From the NCBI GenBank assembly GCA_039934415.1, contig JBDTME010000001.1, positions 265,417 through 329,416 of the forward strand: DNA of 64,000 nt. Reading direction: 5' to 3'. Position 1 is the first letter of the stretch, and every line of letters starts with the position of its first letter. Made by a program: the position numbers and the translations under genes. The DNA is from Patescibacteria group bacterium (GTDB lineage: Bacteria > Patescibacteriota > Microgenomatia > UBA1400 > PJMF01). Positions 58,951-64,000 of this stretch are shown piece after piece. Under the pieces are notes generated by a model that did no database searches, was not told the DNA's origin, and saw only the letters and a program-made list of their open reading frames with translations.

Positions 58951-60975
58951 ATGAATACGCTACAAAACCAATCACCTACTATTGAAGATCAAGAGTTGCT
59001 CAAAGCGCTCAATCCAGACCAACTTGCTGCAGTCCAACATGAGGGCGGACCCGCAATGGTATTGGCTGGAGCTGGCAGTGGCAAGACGCGAGTATTAACA
59101 ACACGAGTCGCATGGCTGATGAAAAAACATCATCTTCCTCCAGAAGCAATTTTGTTAGTCACTTTTACAAATAAAGCGGCAGGTGAGATGAATGAACGTG
59201 TCGAGCGACAAACCGGATTCCGATTACCCTTTTCCGGCACTTTTCATAGAATTTCTGCTCGCATTCTTCGTGTTGATGGACACCACATTGGTCTAACAAG
59301 CAGCTTTATCATCTATGACTCAGATGACCAACAACAACTCATTAAAAGTATTTTGAAACAACTTGGCTACGATCACAAAGAGTTCAAGCCCGGTGCTATT
59401 ATCGGCATGATTTCCAATGCCAAAAACGAGATGATTTCACCCGACAAATATAAGAGCATGGCTCACGGCAAGTATCAAGAAGCCGCTGCTCGCGTATATA
59501 AGGTATATCAATTTGAGTTGAAGAAAAATAATGCTGTCGATTTTGACGATCTCTTATTAAAAACATTAGAACTGTTTCATACGCATCCTGAGGTCTTAGC
59601 GAAATATCAGCGCTTATTTGAACACGTACTCGTCGATGAGTATCAGGACACCAATAAAGCACAGTACTTGATGACAAAACTGTTGGCAGCTCCTCAAAAT
59701 AATTTATTTGTTGTCGGTGATGCCGCTCAAGCTATCTATAGCTGGCGGGGAGCCGATTACCGAAACTTGTCACAACTCAAAATTGATTTTCCTGATATTT
59801 CTGAGTATCGCCTGGAACAAAATTATCGATCAACGCAAACTATCTTGGATGCTGCTTCACGAGTGATCGAAAATAACACGACTCATCCAGTACTAGACCT
59901 CTGGACCGAAATGACCGGTGTCAGTCACCCTATTTTGATTTATGGGCTCAAGGATAATCAGGAAGAAGCACGAAAAGTAGCAGAAATCATTGGCAAACAA
60001 TATGCTCGCGAAGAGTACGATGAAGTCGCTATTCTCTATCGGACAAACGCACAAAGTCGAAGTTTTGAAGAAGCGTTTTTATCTCGGGGTATTCCGTATC
60101 GAATTGTCGGTGGCGTCAAATTCTATGCGCGCAAAGAAATTAAAGATTTGCTAAGTTATTTGAGACTCGTTTTAAATCCGAACGAAACAGTCAGTTTGGA
60201 ACGTGTCAGTAAAGTTGGTAAACGACGATATGAACAGTTCGATCGCTGGCGTGCTGGCTTATTACAGCTCGCAGTAACGTTAACACCTCTCGAGATGCTT
60301 GATCAAATTCTAGAAGCGACCAAGTATAAAGATTTTTTTGACGCCAATGACACAGAAGATATTTCTCGATTAGAAAATATTGAAGAGCTCCGTTCTGTCG
60401 CTGCTCAATTTCCTGATTTGGATCAATTCTTAGAGAATGTAGCACTCGTTGATAACTCGGCAACTTCCCAACGTGATTTGATTGATGTGGCGACCGGGAA
60501 TCCCAATGAACAGATGATTACCTTAATGAGTCTGCACTCTGCCAAAGGGTTGGAATACGAATCCGTTTTTCTTGTCGGCATGGAAGAAGGACTCTTCCCT
60601 CATTCACGCTCACTGATGGACCGTGATCAAATGGAAGAAGAGCGACGATTATGTTATGTGGGAATAACGCGTGCTAAAAATCGATTGTATTTGACGTATG
60701 CAGCTCAACGATTTTTCTATGGCAGTTTGTCGGCATCGACAACATCTCGATTTTTAAAAGAAATTCCAGAAGAGTTAGTCCAGGTTGAAATTGTTGAGTC
60801 GCGTAATTCATATCAATCTTCGTATGGCAGCATGAATCCAAACGTTGCTCGTCGCTATCAATTTAGTTCTAAACCTACTCCCCAAAAAGAAAAACGTCGC
60901 CTCGTTGTGGATGATGGAGAACTTGACGACATCTTGAGCGGAGATATTGATTTAGATGCTTGGTTGAAGAAGTAA
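58951..60975 (+). CDS. pcrA: ATP-dependent DNA helicase PcrA/UvrD
   Basis: AGAGSGKT, TFTNKAA, VDEYQD, LEQNYRS, YRTNAQSR, HSAKGLE, EERRLCYVGITRA. Confidence 0.95.
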   Translation: MNTLQNQSPTIEDQELLKALNPDQLAAVQHEGGPAMVLAGAGSGKTRVLTTRVAWLMKKHHLPPEAILLVTFTNKAAGEMNERVERQTGFRLPFSGTFHRISARILRVDGHHIGLTSSFIIYDSDDQQQLIKSILKQLGYDHKEFKPGAIIGMISNAKNEMISPDKYKSMAHGKYQEAAARVYKVYQFELKKNNAVDFDDLLLKTLELFHTHPEVLAKYQRLFEHVLVDEYQDTNKAQYLMTKLLAAPQNNLFVVGDAAQAIYSWRGADYRNLSQLKIDFPDISEYRLEQNYRSTQTILDAASRVIENNTTHPVLDLWTEMTGVSHPILIYGLKDNQEEARKVAEIIGKQYAREEYDEVAILYRTNAQSRSFEEAFLSRGIPYRIVGGVKFYARKEIKDLLSYLRLVLNPNETVSLERVSKVGKRRYEQFDRWRAGLLQLAVTLTPLEMLDQILEATKYKDFFDANDTEDISRLENIEELRSVAAQFPDLDQFLENVALVDNSATSQRDLIDVATGNPNEQMITLMSLHSAKGLEYESVFLVGMEEGLFPHSRSLMDRDQMEEERRLCYVGITRAKNRLYLTYAAQRFFYGSLSASTTSRFLKEIPEELVQVEIVESRNSYQSSYGSMNPNVARRYQFSSKPTPQKEKRRLVVDDGELDDILSGDIDLDAWLKK

Positions 60976-60989
60976 AAAGATTTACTCGA

Positions 60990-62114
60990 TCACTTCTCAC
61001 TTTCCTTTTTTAGGAGATCTAAGATTTTTTGCTTTTCTTTACCTTCCATCCATCTAGGTTGACCATAATTTTCGATCCAAATCGGGAAAAAGGCCACGTC
61101 GACCAGGTTTCTCCCTTGAAACGTATATTTTCCAACTATACCTTGACGTGTTTCAGTCGACCACATCTGATCAAACACAAAGTTACCGTGTGAGTACGTA
61201 ATCAGTTTTTCTTTGTACCATTCTACTGGTTCGATCCAGTGAGGATGATTACCCACCACTAAATCAGCACCCAGATCAATCACTCGATGCGCCAGCTCTT
61301 TTTGTCGGCCAGTTGGTTGATAGCGATACTCTTCGCCCCAATGAAATTGAACTATCACCACATCAGCATTTTGCTTGGCCGCAGCAATCTCTGTTTGCAT
61401 CCGTTGGTCATCCACGTCAGCGACAAAACCATACTTTTCGACATCGTTATACCCTAAGAAAGCAAATTTTACTCCTTTGACTATTTTGAACACCGGTTGC
61501 TGTATACCAGTCACCAGAAAGCCATTTTGATTTAACAACTGGTTGGTATCGATGACACCTTGCTTGCCAGCATTGCCAGCATGGTTATTGGCAAAGTTAA
61601 CGACATCAATGCCTGCAAATAGTAATCCCTGAACATTTTTTTGATCACCGCAAAATACCATGCCATCTGTTCTAATCGGGCAACTATCAACGAGTGGTGT
61701 TTCCAAATTAATCATCGTAATGTCTGCACTCTTTAACACTTCTGCTGTTTTTTCAAAAGGCCACTCAAAGTTATTTAGGCTGGTTGTTTTCTGGTTTACA
61801 GAACGCGCTGGCAATACATCACCAGTCATTAAAACAGTGACACAATCGCTACATTCAAAAGAAGAGAACGAGTTGTTTGCAAAAATTTGCGTGCGATCAA
61901 CTGGTGGGAGTTGTTGTGGCTGTAAAAGTTGAGTGCCAGTATTTCCAAACCAGTTTTGCACAAATGGATAATTGAGTGGAGCACCTGCAGAAATTGTTCC
62001 AGTTTTCCATTTTTTACTTAGTTGAAAAGCAAAACTTGACACAACAACAGCAATTGAAAAGATGAGCGTGATTTTGAAAAGTGTTTTATTCATCGAGACT
62101 ATGATATCAGACAT
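60990..62114 (-). CDS. CapA/PgsA-family metallophosphoesterase
   Basis: TGDVL, NLE, ANNH, HWGEE, VGNHPH, YSHGNFVFDQ; start may be 62093. Confidence 0.88.
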   Translation of the reverse strand: MSDIIVSMNKTLFKITLIFSIAVVVSSFAFQLSKKWKTGTISAGAPLNYPFVQNWFGNTGTQLLQPQQLPPVDRTQIFANNSFSSFECSDCVTVLMTGDVLPARSVNQKTTSLNNFEWPFEKTAEVLKSADITMINLETPLVDSCPIRTDGMVFCGDQKNVQGLLFAGIDVVNFANNHAGNAGKQGVIDTNQLLNQNGFLVTGIQQPVFKIVKGVKFAFLGYNDVEKYGFVADVDDQRMQTEIAAAKQNADVVIVQFHWGEEYRYQPTGRQKELAHRVIDLGADLVVGNHPHWIEPVEWYKEKLITYSHGNFVFDQMWSTETRQGIVGKYTFQGRNLVDVAFFPIWIENYGQPRWMEGKEKQKILDLLKKESEK

Positions 62115-62269
62115 AGAGTCACTCTTGAGAATTGTTTTTTTAGGGTCAATTTTTGCCTAAAAATATAATGTGTAACAAAATGTGTAACAATTGAGATTTG
62201 GTCTGAGTGTAGAGACAAAAACCACACTTTCCTCTACCTTTCAGTTCTTACTTCCGGTAAACTTGAGTT

Positions 62270-63559
62270 ATGAATATTGCAATTATCGGTGCTGGTTTTA
62301 CTGGTCTAGCTGCTGCTTGGGATCTACGAAAAGGTGGTCACACAGTTACTATTTTTGAAGCGAATGCTTTTCCTGGCGGCTTGGCTGCTGGTTTTCGACA
62401 AAAAGAATGGGAATGGTCAGTTGAACATCACTACCATCACATTTTTCGTAGTGATAAAGCAATTCAAGAGTTGATTCAGGAAATGGATTTAGAGGACTTA
62501 TTATTTTTCTCGGCGGTTAAAACGTCCACTCGATATGAAGGCCATCAATTTCGCCTCGACTCTCCAATGAGTCTGTTGTTAGCACCAGTTTTATCAGTCC
62601 AGTCAAAACTTCGTACTGCTGCCACTTTGGCCTTTTTAAAGTTGTGGCCATTTTGGAGATTTTTGGATTCAATGACTGCTCAAAAATTCATTATCAAAAC
62701 AATGGGTCAAGAGTCTTGGAAAATTTTGTGGGAACCACTGTTTATCGGGAAATTTGGCAAATACGCCTCCGATATCAATGCTGCGTGGTTTTGGTCCCGG
62801 ATTCACGTGCGTTCAGCGGAGTTAGGTTACTTTCGCGGAGGGTTTTTAAAACTGGCAGAAGGAATGACAGAATTACTAAAAAAAGAAGGTACGACTTTCC
62901 AGTTTGAGACACCTGTCAGCTCAATCGAACGCAACGAAAAAAAAGGTGTGATTGAGATCAGGACGACAGGAACAAGTAAAGTTTCTGTATTTGATCAGGT
63001 ACTAGTAACTAGCCCAGCACCGGTCTTTGCCAAAATTGTTCATGGGTTATCTGACGAATTTAAAAAGAAAATCACTTCTTTGAAAGGCTTAGCAGCTGTC
63101 ACGTTGGTCCTGGAACTGGATACACCTTTCTTCGCTGACAAATCATACTGGCTAAATATCAATGAACAAAACTGGCCGTTTTTAGCAGTTGTAGAACATA
63201 CTCAATTTACTGGCACACATCCCTATAATAACAAAACAATTCTGTTTGTCGGGAAATACCTAGAAAACACTACCCCTCAATACTCAATGAGTAAGGTAGA
63301 GTTATTGAAATTGTACCAACCATTCCTTGAAAAACTTTCTCCACACTTCGAACATCACATTACAAACTCTTGGCTGTTTCATGCACCATTTGCACAACCA
63401 ATCGTAGAAAAACAGCATCAGAAATTGGTTCCCTCTGTCAGCACTCCGATTGAAAACGTATACTGGAGTTCAATGCAACACGTCTATCCTTGGGACCGTG
63501 GTACTAACTACGCAGTCGCACTCGGTCGACGATCTGCTCAAAAAATGATGCACCTCTAA
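62270..63559 (+). CDS. FAD-dependent oxidoreductase (HemY/amine oxidase-like)
   Basis: IIGAGFTGL, GGLA, HYHHIF, AQPI, YPWDRGTNYAV. Confidence 0.85.
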   Translation: MNIAIIGAGFTGLAAAWDLRKGGHTVTIFEANAFPGGLAAGFRQKEWEWSVEHHYHHIFRSDKAIQELIQEMDLEDLLFFSAVKTSTRYEGHQFRLDSPMSLLLAPVLSVQSKLRTAATLAFLKLWPFWRFLDSMTAQKFIIKTMGQESWKILWEPLFIGKFGKYASDINAAWFWSRIHVRSAELGYFRGGFLKLAEGMTELLKKEGTTFQFETPVSSIERNEKKGVIEIRTTGTSKVSVFDQVLVTSPAPVFAKIVHGLSDEFKKKITSLKGLAAVTLVLELDTPFFADKSYWLNINEQNWPFLAVVEHTQFTGTHPYNNKTILFVGKYLENTTPQYSMSKVELLKLYQPFLEKLSPHFEHHITNSWLFHAPFAQPIVEKQHQKLVPSVSTPIENVYWSSMQHVYPWDRGTNYAVALGRRSAQKMMHL

Positions 63560-63560
63560 T

Positions 63561-64000
63561 ATGAATCGCACTCCTGTCCATCACACTCCTAAAGTTCCCA
63601 CTGGTCACACGCGTTTTAATTTTGGCCGACACGCCAAGAAACCAAATCAGCTATTCTTACGTGCAGTCGTGGACGGTGATTTCTTTGATAAAAACAGATG
63701 GCGATTCAGATCCTCTTTCTTCAAAAAATATCGCGAACAAATAATCGACTCGATCGTACTGTTCGTTACCTTCTTGTTCAGCGCCTGGCTCATGTTTTGG
63801 ACGTTTCAATATCATGATGGTCAGTTCGTCATGATAGGTAGAGTGTGGAGTGATTTTGCGGCTCATATTCCGCTCATTCGATCCTTTTCATTAGGACACA
63901 ACTTTCCGACTGAGTATCCTACCTTTCCAGGTGAACCTATTCGATATCACTACTTATTCTTCTTGATCGCGGGTGTGTTGGAAAAAATTGGGTTTAATAT
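63561..64000 (+). CDS. Membrane protein truncated by the window end (GT-C-like suspected)
   Basis: Open from ATG 63561 to the end; TM helix, WSDFAAHIPLIRSF, PIRYHYLFF. Confidence 0.6.
   Translation, partial: MNRTPVHHTPKVPTGHTRFNFGRHAKKPNQLFLRAVVDGDFFDKNRWRFRSSFFKKYREQIIDSIVLFVTFLFSAWLMFWTFQYHDGQFVMIGRVWSDFAAHIPLIRSFSLGHNFPTEYPTFPGEPIRYHYLFFLIAGVLEKIGFN

Overview
Bacterial chromosomal window in genetic code 11. Gene content (compact RNase P RNA, scattered housekeeping genes, short PGK, many glycosyltransferases, many apparently leaderless genes) suggests a CPR/Patescibacteria, probably Microgenomates, genome; this is an inference. Housekeeping genes include sppA, dipZ, miaB/miaA, rnpB, comM, pyrH, metG, rmuC, recA, rny, trmD, gap/pgk/tpiA and pcrA, plus tRNA-Cys and tRNA-Pro. 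Main accessory feature: a ~9.8 kb element (23218-33033) integrated at the 3' end of tRNA-Pro(GGG). Its att core (GTCGGGGTGA) lies inside the large serine recombinase CDS, so excision would replace the integrase C-terminus with a 24-aa tail encoded at the other end. That tail is conserved, with several synonymous changes, in a second, nested junction. The element carries a replication-relaxation protein, two XRE regulators, an Abi-like gene and a carbamoyltransferase/nitrilase/CobA-like operon. Other highlights: a ~340-nt structured orphan ncRNA candidate with its own promoter and terminator (20775-21118, minus), a 76-nt tRNA-like RNA without an anticodon loop (36691-36766), an RNase Y with a broken HD motif, and a TasA/SipW fibre operon next to a HasA-like exopolysaccharide operon. 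The ORF track gives the wrong strand for 28160..29023, which is on the minus strand.
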